A stretch of DNA of 64,000 bases from Raja brachyura (taxonomy: Eukaryota): contig OY740792.1 of the NCBI GenBank assembly GCA_963514005.1, positions 47,616,001-47,680,000 of the forward strand, in the 5' to 3' direction. Below the pieces are notes generated by a model, which saw only the letters and a program-made list of their open reading frames with translations, had not been told where the DNA came from and made no database searches. Of the stretch, positions 24,243 through 35,189 are shown piece after piece. The translations under genes were made by a program, and so were the position numbers. Numbering within the stretch: position 1 is the stretch's first letter; every line of letters begins with the position of its first letter.

Positions 24243-26173
24243 CCACAGAGGTGAGGCGATCTGGTTCTCTTTTTTCTCTTTGTTTAACTCCACATGTTGG
24301 TGGGCGTTTGCGGTTGTTTGCGGGTGCATGGGGTGACATTACCAGCGATGAGTATGTGTTACGGAATATTCAGGGCCATAGTATTGAGTTTATTAATGGG
24401 GACATCCCTCCACCTCAGCATAGACCGGGTCGTACTTTCAAACTAACGGCTGCGGAACAGTCAGTAGGCTATAAGGAAATTTTAAGGTTGGAACAGAAAG
24501 GGGTCATAGAGAGAACGGTTCATGAGCCCGTTGAATTTGTTTCCAATATTTTCACTAGACCTAAGAAGGATGGAGGCTGTAGAGTCATTATTGATCTAAC
24601 CACTCTGAATAACTTTGTAACATATACTCATTTTAAAATGGACACGTTTGAAACGGCCAAATCATTGATTTCACAAGGGTGCTTTATGGCATGCATTGAT
24701 TTACAGGATGCGTACTATACCGTACCTATGAAAAAATATTACAGAAGGTTTTTAAAATTTATCTGGATGGATCAGCTGTGGCAATATAGGGCGTTGCCTA
24801 ATGGGCTCACCACAGCCCCTCGCTTATTTACTAAATTGGTGAAGCCAATTATGGCTTATTTAAGACAAAGACATCATATTGTTATGGCCTATTTAGATGA
24901 TATTTTAATTGTCGGCCACACCTTGGAATTAGCACAACAAGGGGTGGCAGCTGCGGTCAATTTGTTCCAACAGCTTGGGTTCATTGTTCATCCAGAAAAA
25001 TCTAAGTTCTGCCCCACCCAGGTAATTAATTATCTGGGGTTCCAGGTGAATTCCATTAGCATGAGAGTCACCATACCAATTAACAAAATTGAGGAGGTAA
25101 CACAGGTGTGTACAGACTTGATTAATACTCGTATACCATCGATTCGTCACACAGCTACTGTCATTGGCAAGATTGTGGCTTTGTTTCCGGCAGCCCGGTA
25201 TGGACCTCTGCATTATCAAAACTTGCAGAGAGCCAAGATCGCTGCGTTGCGACGGCATGCTGGTCATTATGATCGATCAATGCGGCTGCCGCCTGCAGCA
25301 TTGGATGAATTACGATGGTGGGTTTGCCACATTAGTAAATCGTTCAAAACTATTATTGAGGCGAAACCGATGATATACTTACAAACTGATGCGAGCTCTG
25401 ATGGCTGGGGAGCTACGAATCAATTCTCTAGTTGTGGGGGCCGATGGGATACCCTTGAGAATACGATGTTGGTATCACAAGGGATCAACTATTTGGAGCT
25501 GCTTGCAGCGTTTCACGGACTTCGTGCATATTGTTCCAAGATCATTGGAGCACATGTCCGGCTCCAAATAGACAATACCACAGCGGTGGCATATTTAAAC
25601 CACATGGGCGGTACCAGGTCAGTTTCATGTGATAAATTGGCTAATTCAATTTGGCTCTGGTGTGTCAAGAGAGACATTTGGATTTCAGCTACCTATTTGC
25701 CAGGTGAGCTTAATATTGTGGCGGACGCCAGGTCACGCAAGTTCAATGATAATATTGAATGGATGTTACATCCTGAAATTTTTGCAAAAATCACAGCCAA
25801 ATTTGGGAAACCGGACATTGACCTTTTTGCGTCCCGGTTGAACCATCAGGTACCAACCTACGTCGCGTGGGAACCAGATCCAGGGGCTATAGCGTTAGAT
25901 GCATTCTCGCTAGACTGGGGGAATTGCTTTTTCTATGCATTCCCCCCGTTTTGCCTCATCAGTCGGGTATTACGTAAAATTCAGATGGACGGTGCCAAGG
26001 GCATCCTTATCATACCCGACTGGCCTACACAGCCGTGGTATCCGATGGTCTTTGACACGCTCAGTGAACCTTGGGTCCGTTTGCAGGGTAGCCCAGAATT
26101 AGTTACTCACCCTGTTTCAGGGGAGCCACATCCCTGCCATGGCTATTTAAATTTGTTGGCTTGCAGATTCTGA
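24140..26173 (+). CDS. DIRS ORF2: reverse transcriptase, RNase H, and DNA adenine-methyltransferase-like domain
   Basis: Motifs VGGRL, IDLQDAY, LPNGL, YLDD, TDASSDGWGA, INYLEL, DNTTAVAY, DLFAS and FPPF. There is no ATG before the RT core (track start 24164 is GTG). The frame is -1 relative to ORF1; the start given is the predicted frameshift point. Confidence 0.93.
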   Translation, partial: RTGSAEAEVENEDATTSNQPSTSTTTHSCQGPPVTTEVRRSGSLFSLCLTPHVGGRLRLFAGAWGDITSDEYVLRNIQGHSIEFINGDIPPPQHRPGRTFKLTAAEQSVGYKEILRLEQKGVIERTVHEPVEFVSNIFTRPKKDGGCRVIIDLTTLNNFVTYTHFKMDTFETAKSLISQGCFMACIDLQDAYYTVPMKKYYRRFLKFIWMDQLWQYRALPNGLTTAPRLFTKLVKPIMAYLRQRHHIVMAYLDDILIVGHTLELAQQGVAAAVNLFQQLGFIVHPEKSKFCPTQVINYLGFQVNSISMRVTIPINKIEEVTQVCTDLINTRIPSIRHTATVIGKIVALFPAARYGPLHYQNLQRAKIAALRRHAGHYDRSMRLPPAALDELRWWVCHISKSFKTIIEAKPMIYLQTDASSDGWGATNQFSSCGGRWDTLENTMLVSQGINYLELLAAFHGLRAYCSKIIGAHVRLQIDNTTAVAYLNHMGGTRSVSCDKLANSIWLWCVKRDIWISATYLPGELNIVADARSRKFNDNIEWMLHPEIFAKITAKFGKPDIDLFASRLNHQVPTYVAWEPDPGAIALDAFSLDWGNCFFYAFPPFCLISRVLRKIQMDGAKGILIIPDWPTQPWYPMVFDTLSEPWVRLQGSPELVTHPVSGEPHPCHGYLNLLACRF

Positions 26174-27150
26174 ATCGGCCTTTAGAACAATACGGCCTGT
26201 CTACCCGGACCATGGATACCATTGCGGCGTCGTGCCGAGAGTCTACAAGGCGAAGATACCGCTCTCACATCAGGAAGTGGGAAGCCTTCTGCAGCCGCTC
26301 TCGCATCACGTACGATGCCGTGACTATAACCGACGTCCTGGAATTCCTCGCGGGGTTGCACCATGATGAACACTTAAGCTACAGTGCCATCAACAGCGCC
26401 AGGAGCGCTCTATCATTCTACCTCAATATTGAGGTGGGATCCAACAGGCTAGTGTCCAGGCTCATGCGGGGTATTTTCAATACGAATCCGCCTACACCAC
26501 GTTACAATGTCACCTGGGATGTCAGGGACGTTTTAACTCTGCTCAGGACGTGGTCCCCCATGGAAGGGCTCCAGCTGGACAAACTCACCATGAAGCTGGT
26601 GATGTTACTAGCGCTGACTTCAGCACAGAGGGTACAGACACTCCACAAACTACGTGTCGACAGAATGATGTCTACCCCCACAGAAGTAGTTTTCTTTGTT
26701 GACGAGCTACTAAAGCAACACAGACCTGGGTGCACAGGGCTGCAGCTGAAGTTCCCGGCATACCCCGCCGATGCTAGGCTATGCTTAGCCTCCCATATCC
26801 GTTACTACGTCAAGGTGACGGCAAGCATCAGAGGAATGGAGAGATACCTGCTTGTCACTCATAAGAGACCTCACCATCGAGTGACAACACAGACGATATC
26901 CAGGTGGCTTCGAGTCGTCTTGGGTAAGTCAGGTATCGACACTAATGTGTTCAAATCTCATTCCACCAGGGCTGCATCGACGTCGGCGGCGAGGGTCATG
27001 GAGGTGCCCATGGACCATATTCTCGCCACAGCAGGATGGGCTAATGAGACGGTGTTCCAGCGGTTCTACAACCGGCCCGTTGCTGTGCCTCTACAGTTCG
27101 CAGAAGCCGTGCTAGATGCGGGGCAAGAACGTGGAGATGTCCCCGAATGA
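26161..27150 (+). CDS. DIRS ORF3: tyrosine recombinase
   Basis: Catalytic pattern SAQRVQTL (R), HSTR (HxxR), AGW and FQRFY (Y). First ATG is at 26212 in accATGg context. Confidence 0.95.
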   Translation: MQILNRPLEQYGLSTRTMDTIAASCRESTRRRYRSHIRKWEAFCSRSRITYDAVTITDVLEFLAGLHHDEHLSYSAINSARSALSFYLNIEVGSNRLVSRLMRGIFNTNPPTPRYNVTWDVRDVLTLLRTWSPMEGLQLDKLTMKLVMLLALTSAQRVQTLHKLRVDRMMSTPTEVVFFVDELLKQHRPGCTGLQLKFPAYPADARLCLASHIRYYVKVTASIRGMERYLLVTHKRPHHRVTTQTISRWLRVVLGKSGIDTNVFKSHSTRAASTSAARVMEVPMDHILATAGWANETVFQRFYNRPVAVPLQFAEAVLDAGQERGDVPE

Positions 27151-27170
27151 GGGGTTTTGATTTGTTTGTT

Positions 27171-27176
27171 AATAAA
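27171..27176 (+). terminator. Candidate polyadenylation signal after the YR ORF
   Basis: AATAAA 21 nt after the ORF3 stop codon. Confidence 0.4.
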
Positions 27177-27290
27177 TATGCTTTGTTTTGCAGTATGGAC
27201 TAGTCAGCAAGTTATTCCTCCCATCCATCCCTGGTAGTGGTGTGACAGCATGGACGTGGTCCAGGGCGTGTCATCACAGAAGCTTTGAAG

Positions 27291-27403
27291 TCTTCACGAA
27301 GTCACTCACGTGACTCCGAAATGAAATAGTAAGATTGAACGAGAACTTACCAGTTCGAAGGTTGATCATTATTTCATGAGGAGTCGAAGTGAGGGATTTC
27401 GTG
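27291..27403. repeat. DIRS internal complementary region (ICR)
   Basis: 27291-27327 is the reverse complement of 22315-22351, and 27325-27403 is the reverse complement of 27547-27625; both matches are exact. Confidence 0.97.
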
Positions 27404-27639
27404 CCCTCCTCGCCCAACCCTCAATCACCTTCAGCTGGTAATCTTAGTCGTTTCATTCTTACTATGTGAAGTCATTTCTTGATTGGTTTCTGTGATTCCA
27501 CGCCGCTACTTTGAAGTATGTCGAGCATGCGCGCCGGCGGGCTCTTCACGAAATCCCTCACTTCGACTCCTCATGAAATAATGATCAACCTTCGAACTGG
27601 TAAGTTCTCGTTCAATCTTACTATTCTTGTCCAGACGAG

Positions 27640-27832
27640 CCGTTTTCCCAGGGTGCTCTGGTTTCCTCCCATACTCCAAAGATGTACAGGTTTGTAGGTT
27701 AATTGGGTTTGGTAATGATTGTAAATTGTCCCCAGTGTGTAGGATAGTGCTAGTGCACGGGATTCGCTGGTCAGCGCGGACCCGGTGGGCCGAAGGGCCT
27801 ATTTCCGCACTGCATCTCTAAACTAAACTAAA
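27640..27832 (+). mobile_element. 5'-truncated HE1-like SINE
   Basis: SINE body plus ctaaactaaactaaa tail. Confidence 0.8.
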
Positions 27833-28929
27833 TAGCCACATTTTTGATTTTGCCTTCTGTGTCTCTTTCACCTTTTTCACATCCACGATAAGCCGGCTCC
27901 ACCCAGTCTTTTCTTCCTTGCTAGTCTGCGTACAAATAAAATCTCTCGATAGTCAAAAAATATGTTTATTAACTTTTTGTTGTTGCAAGCGTTGGAACAA
28001 CACCATTTCATCAGCTCAGAATCTTTACAGCTAAGTTATGTTGTACGAAAAATAAAGCAGTACTGCTGAAACGTGAAGTATATAAAATGTGGCATAATAG
28101 TAATTAGCCAGTACAAGGGTCATCAGCACTTCTTGTGGCGCAAGTGATGAGAAGGTTGGACAATAACATCATCCAACAGATGCCAATCACTGGAGAGGGA
28201 ATGTTGCTTTGAGCGGCCCCTGGAGGCTCCCGGGATGTGTCGCGGACCCAGTGGGCCGCCACGAAGGAAGAGCCGCCAAGAGGGATACGGCGGGGCCACT
28301 GCCTTCAGGCGTGAAGCTCTGAAACCGTCACGCTCGGCGCCGAAGACCGGAGAGTCGAGGAGGAGGGAAGGAGCTGCCCATTGAATCTTGTACTCAGCAT
28401 TGTGAGCAATGTATCGCCTCCAGCGCCTTCAAGGTCGGCTGCAGCAAGCACACCCTGGACACAGAGGCAGTCGGGTGAGGAGAGGGACTTTGCTGCACAG
28501 ACCGAGCCGGTCGCGGGCGATGGAGGAGGCCCTGCAGCAGCTTGGGGCTTACCTGGATCGGGAGCCGCTCCAGTAGGTGGGCAGAACTTTAGGCTTCTGT
28601 AGATGGCGCCAAAATATGTGCATTTTTGAGCTGTGCACAAATAATTTCACTGTGTAGTGCACACAACAAGAAAGAACCATTGGCATATTGTGCTGTTGGT
28701 TATGACAGAGTGGTGCATTTTGTGTGGGACACAGAGAAGATAACCAGTTGCAATAAGCTTTCCTTGCTTCATCCTTGCCCATCATTTCATGCAGGGAGTT
28801 GCATCTTTTCTGAACCTGGCATTGAAGTGGCACAGAAGGACTTGGAGACTAGAAGCAAGGAACTGCAGATGCTGGTTTACTAAAGAAAAGACAAAGTGCT
28901 GGAGAAATGCATCTTGAGTTTCGGGCTTA

Positions 28930-29155
28930 ATATGGGGATGAGGACGAATTTCTTATGCCAGAAGGTGGTGAATCTGGAATTTGTTGCCATAGACCAGGTG
29001 GAGGCCTAGTCGTGGGGTATTTTTAAAGTGGAGATTGACTCTTGATTAGTGGGGGGGGGGGAGGGGGTGGCAAAGGATGTAGGGAGATGGTAAGATAATG
29101 GGGTTGAGAGGGCAAAAAATAGATCAGTCATGATCAAATGGCAGAGCAGACTTGT
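28930..29155 (+). mobile_element. CR1 3' end
   Basis: gaaggtggtgaatctggaat...atcagtcatgatcaaatggcagagcaga. Confidence 0.7.
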
Positions 29156-32100
29156 CTATTAGGAATCACATTCTCTGGTGCAGCATTTGGATTTCTGCAT
29201 TTCTACAAATTCAAAGCCTGAATGAAATGTTAGTTTATGAATCGGGAGAGCTGAAGCAAAGCAGAGGTACTTATTTGATGAAAATTAAGACATTGTTTAA
29301 ATAATGACATTTACACATCTATATATTTATTCTAGTGAATGATTTTGATCATCTTCTGCATGCATCATTGCAAAGAATTGTCAATGAATTTGCTATTATT
29401 CACAAATTGAATTCTATTATACCTATTCTTTCCTTAGCTTGTTCAAAGTATATTGTTCTGCACATAAATTCAATAGAGAATGTAGTGAATAGCTGGCGAG
29501 CAAAAGGAGCATTAGAAAAATATAGGGCAATTAGGAGCCTTCATTTGGCAAGAGGAACAATTAAAACACGTAATTATGAAAGAATGGGACACAGAAGTAT
29601 AGATAAAAAATCAAATGAAATGAATGTATCTGTTTTTTTATTGCAGAAACTAACAACAAAGCTGCTGTAATGAGATTCTTTCTCTGTCTTGAGGTACCCT
29701 GGTTTTACATGCCAGCCCTGTATTTTGAATGCACTTTGGTACTCATCTCCGTGATGGAGTATAACACGAATAGCCTTTTTAAAAGATTGTGATTGGCACC
29801 CTGTTTTTGATACATGCAATCATGGTGCATGTTAAATTCAGAGGACTTGTCTAATCAAGAATTCAATACAAGAAGAGGTGGTAGCTAGCGTATAACCCAC
29901 TGTAATAAGTGAATATGTTGATTGAAAACAGCTTCTAGATTGAGGAAATGATAGAGGTTGTAATTGGGATGAAAGACGAGCATGATGGTGCTTATGTAGT
30001 CGAAATGGATCATATTTCAGTAATAGCAACTCATTTAACAAGGGCGATCTGGGATTCTTTTCAACGTTCTTGGTTATTGATTGACGATGTGACAATTTTT
30101 AATGTGGTAGGTCTTGTAAAATGGTGGCGTTGAAGCACGTGTTGCACTGAATAACTCGTGTCTCTTTGTCTAAAATGGGCAAGCAGCTTCACCTACCTTT
30201 GAATGGCAATGCAAATGATTGCCTTTTAAGTAAAATTACCTCTATATTGCCAACTTATATGGTTTTTTTTGCTATGTATTTTCTTGAAGTGTATTTTTAT
30301 TGTGTTGTTTGTCCACCAGAGCTGTAAGAAATCACTTACAGTTTAAATCGTGTAGAAACTCATCTTTTCTTTCTGCAATGGTATTTAATTTTATTCTTTC
30401 CATTTTATGTGAATTGAGAGCGGCAGTCAATAATTTTATCTGGAGATAAATATCTTATTTAAGTTAATTAGCCGCAGGCTTTGTTGCAAGCAATCACACT
30501 ATCCTTCTGTAATATCGCCCTTTTGTTATACAATTGTAACAAGACCTTCACTGGCATTAACTTTTCTTTATAGTCCCTTCTCCGTCTTTGAATCTTCCCT
30601 TTCCCACATCTAGGCGCTGTTGGTATTTGCATCCATGAAGGCAGCCTCTGCATTACCTTGTTATGAAGCCTGATTTGTTCTCCTGGTTCCTCAGCTGCCA
30701 TTGGGCTGAGGACCAGTCTTACTGCATCTAAACATTGGAAAGAACAACGCCATTAAATTTAGCCGTGGCAATAAGTATTACTCCTCAGGAATTACTGTAT
30801 CTTTTTCCCGGCCTTCATCCGATGTATTCAAGAGAGAGTTGGATATAGCTCCTAGAGCCAACGCATCATGGGATATGGGGAGAAAGCAGGAACGGGGTAC
30901 TTATTCTGGATGATCAGCCATGATCATTTTCAATGGCGGTGCTGGCTCGCATGGCTGAATGGCCTACTCCACCTATTTTCTATGTTTCTATCCCGAGTCA
31001 AGACCAAATTCCATTCATTCCTGAGATGTTTCTGGTTCCCAAATTCTTCATTTATACTTCCATAGAATTACCCCACTGCTAACAGAGAGCCCTTACGCAC
31101 TGTTAAAAAATCTCTTTTTTACTCGCCTCTGGAGCTTTGGACTGGTTTGCTAGGCTATCCATTCTCACAGGATTCAAGAGCATCAGCTCATCAAAAAGTT
31201 TGATGTGTGCATCCTAGCTGACATTCCCTTCTATTTAACTACTTTCATGAGCTGGCGTGTCACCTACCAGTACACTAACTGGAGAATACTTCTCATTTGT
31301 GCTTTAATTTTGCGATTACCTCGGCCTGCCTGTCTCCCTCTCTCCTTGATTTTTGATTGCCTTTCATTTTCACTAACATTTCTGCGTCCTCTCACTCTTT
31401 TTCCCCCCATTAGCAATTGTGCATATTTCTCCCCATCACCCTGAAATACTCCAGTCTCTCCGCCAAGCCTCTCTATCCCTCCACCACCTCATTCTAATCC
31501 TTAAAACATTGCAATAATTCACCTTTGTTACTGTGGCAATCTTGATGTTCTGTACTGATGCCATAAGGAAAGCTTCAAACAATTTGCCCCTCTTGCTTCT
31601 GTAGTCCAAAATGCTCTCCAAGATCACATAATTTCACATCTGATTTTTAACATTACTAATTCTAACTTTCCCAGTTTGGCATAGTATTGGATTATTCAAT
31701 GGGCACTCTTTTGTTCAAATTTAACAGCATTCCATTTGCTTGAACATTTACTGAACTTTCACATTTTGCTGCAGAGCTGACGATACAATGTTTATGAATC
31801 AGCGGGAGATTGAGATACTGAGCAGGTCTAGGTAGGTTTTCTTCAAAAAGACATCATAAATGCTTTTTGCAGATTGCTTTTTTCTCCCCTTCCATTGAAA
31901 TTCCCTCTAATACGGAGAGGTGCATAAATCTTTAGTAATTTATGTTCGCTCTGACAATGTATAGTGCAGTGGGAAGGGAAATTGAAATAGTGTATTGCTG
32001 CCAGCACCTTGGTATTGAACAGATCTTAAATGCTCGTTAGCTACAGGTGGCAAACTGGTTGACACCAGACTGCTCTTGGCTGATACGGGGTTGATTTCTT

Positions 32101-33169
32101 GCAGCAACTTTGGGAATTGGTGCAGCGATTATCTGTTTAGTTTTGAGCATTACAGTGGTTAAAATGTTAGCCAAGAACTGTCCTTAATCACAGCTAATTC
32201 TTTAGCAGCACAACCACCCAAAGCAGTGGCCGAGCAATAAGAATGTATATTTGACTATCCACACTAAATTTACTTTGGAGAAAGTACGAGGTTGATAACT
32301 TCTGTTAGACTAATGTACAGCAGTTATGGTAAACACATGCTTTTGAAACCTCAGCGGATCATTCTGACACATGGCTGATAACTTATCACTCGAAAGGTTT
32401 GACAGCCTGTGTTTATTCTAAAATGCTTTAGTATACAAGTGATATCTTTTTAAGATTATATGGACATTTTCTTTTATATAATCAACAGCTACTTAAAAGG
32501 CTCATTTTTTTTTTCCCCAAAGTGTAGAACTAATCCTTTTCATAAGCAAAATGCTTTTTTTTTTGCATTTAAGAGACGAATTGAATGTGTTTCCAAGCCC
32601 TCGCAGAGTACTACTTTCCCGTGGTACCTCGCAGTTAGTAAGGTTTTGTTGAAAAAAAGGGCCATAAGTGATCGGAGTAGAATTTGGCCATTCGACCCAT
32701 CACATCTACTCTGCCATTCAATCATGGCTGTTCTATCTCTCTCTCTTAACCCCATTCCCCTGCCTTCTCTCCATAACCTCTGACTTGTACTATTCAAGAT
32801 TTAGTGATCCACTTGCTATTTGATTTTTTTTTCAAATTTATCTCTGGTTTACCAAGAAAGGTTTAAAGATAGGCTTGTTTCCTGTTTGATATTTATTTTT
32901 GCTGAATGAATGGGAACCTGGATGAAACTAACTGAGGTCTGAGACCAGTGTCCCTCGCATCAAGTCCAGTCCCCCTCGCATCAAGTCCAGTCCAATGTGA
33001 AGAGATTATGACGTGGGAATCAAATGAAGGATGTTCCCAAAGCTTCTTTGAAAAAATATAACGTCCTCACTGACTCAATGAAATTCCACGCCCAAGGCAT
33101 TTTACAATGGAGAAAGGGTCTTCAGGGTAGCATGGAGAACCTCGAGTCGTCGAGTTGAACATCATCTCA

Positions 33170-34600
33170 AACATACCCTTCGGCCCACCGCTTCATTGCC
33201 TACCACCAGGCTTATCTATGCTAGTCTCATTTGCATGCATTAATTCCACATCTTTCTATGGTCTGCTTTTGCAAGTACCTGTTCAGATGCCTCTTAAATG
33301 TTGCTACTGTTCCTGCCAACACAACCTCCTCGGTCATCTCATTCCTGACACCAAATTGTCTTTGTGTGAATAATTTACTCCTCAAATCCCACTGAACCTC
33401 TTCCCTCTCAACTTAAACCAATGCCCTCTAGTTTTAGACACTGCTACCATGGGAAACTGACTATTCTTTCAATGCCTTTCATCATTTCATATACCAATAT
33501 CATGTCACCTCTCACCCTTCTTTGAACCAGTGAAAAAAGACCCAGTGTCTAGGAAGGAACTGCAGATGCTGGTTTAAACCGAAGATAGACACAGAAAGCT
33601 GGTCAGACAACATCTCTGGAGAAAAGGATAAAGGGGCGTTTCGGGCCGAGACCCTTCTTCAGACTGAAAGTCTAGTCTATCAAAAGATCCAATCGGGCTC
33701 ATAACTCAAGCCCTCCAACCCCGGCAATATCCTTGTGAATCTTTTCTACACACTCGCTAACTTAATCATATTTTGTCTGTAATGTGGTGACTAGAACTGC
33801 ACATATTGCCCCAAGTGTGGCTGAATGGTCATTTTGTCCTCGATAACACGGCTCCCTAACTCCCTAACTCATTGCCTCAGCTGATGAAGGCAAGCATGCT
33901 ATACTCTTTGTCACCACCCAGTCTACCCGTGTTGCCACTTTCAGGCAATTTGGTACTTGTGCCACCACCAATAACACTCCCTACATCCTACCATTCGTTT
34001 TGTAATCCTGCCCTGGTTTAACTTCCCAAAAGACATCACTTTGCAATTGTCTGATTTGAATTTAATCTGCCCACTTCCCCAGTTTATCTAGATCCTGTTT
34101 TAACTTTAGATAACCTTCTTCACTATCCACCATAGCACCGATTTTGGTGTAATCGAAAACTTGCTAGTCTACCACCGCCATTCTCATCCAAGATTATTAA
34201 TATATATGACAAACAATAAAGAACCTGATCTCTGAGGCACACCACGGGGTGAAACCACTGATCTGAAAAACAACCTTCTATTCCACCCCACACCTCTAAC
34301 GATGAAGCTAATTTGTTATCTCACTCTGCAGCCCATGTACTCTAACCTTCTCGATCAGCCTACCATGGGGGACCTTGTCAAAGGCATTGCTAAACTCTCA
34401 GCCCTGCCCTCAGCACTTCCCTTGGTCACTTCTTAAAAAAAAAATGCAATCAAGTTCATAAGCTGTGATTTCCCACAAACAAAGCTTTGCTGACTATCCC
34501 TGATCAGTCCCTGCCTTTCCAAATGGAAATGAATCCTGTTCCTTTCAATAGCTTTCCTATGGCTCACTGGTTCCCTGGCTTATCCCTGTTGCCCTACTTA
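33170..34600 (-). mobile_element. Old CR1 LINE fragment interrupted by a Penelope-terminus repeat (33548-33670)
   Basis: Degenerate similarity to the better-preserved CR1 at 35190-36400 (e.g. ggggaccttgtcaaaggc, tggtgactagaactgcac). Confidence 0.65.
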
Positions 34601-35189
34601 AATAATGTTTACAGACAATGTTAATGTAGAAAAAGAGAATGCCAAGGGTAAACTGGAATGAGATGTGGGGCAACAGCCAATTGAAGGGAAAATATTCCTC
34701 AGCAATTTTTAAAATTAGTTGTGCTATTTAATTTATTTTAATTGTTCAATGACTTTCTTAAAATGACAGAACAGCATTCCAATGAGTTAAGCAGTACCTG
34801 ACAATATGACAAAGAGAAGGTTCTATTTTTGAGTAAATGGCCAACATTCATCTTCACATAAAGCATGTTAGCTAATTGGGCATTGGAGCCAGCTCACCTG
34901 ATCCATGCCAGTGTTTTAGGCATTAAGAGTAATTTGTGTTTAAATAGCTCCTTTAAGCATTGCCAATTTGCTTCACAGGAGAAGATAAATTGATGCTGAG
35001 TTAAATAACGATATTTTGGTGCAGGTGGTCTCAAGGTAGGTTCAGAGAAAGTTGAAGCAGGAGAGTGGGATGGGGAGACAGAATGGACAGGCGGAAATGT
35101 CAGCGCCCATCCTGAATGTGGGCTGACATTTAGAGCAAAGAAGATCCATAAATCTCTGCCAAGGCCCCAGCAATCTCCTCCCTCGCAAC

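Larger units (their letters stand above)
22315..27625 (+). mobile_element. Full-length intact DIRS1-type tyrosine-recombinase retrotransposon
   Basis: Three uninterrupted ORFs (gag-like, RT-RH-MT, YR). 36-bp ITR pair at 22342-22377 and 27517-27552. The ICR at 27291-27403 is complementary to both termini, which share the trinucleotide ATT. Confidence 0.97.

Noticed and set aside
22462-25841. Antisense and alternative-frame ORFs inside the DIRS element
   Set aside because: Expected by-products of GC-rich coding sequence; no motifs.
22286-27640. Weak inverted similarity between the DIRS flanks (ttcgtctaga / tccagacgag)
   Set aside because: Short, mismatched and asymmetric about the insertion site; compatible with chance.
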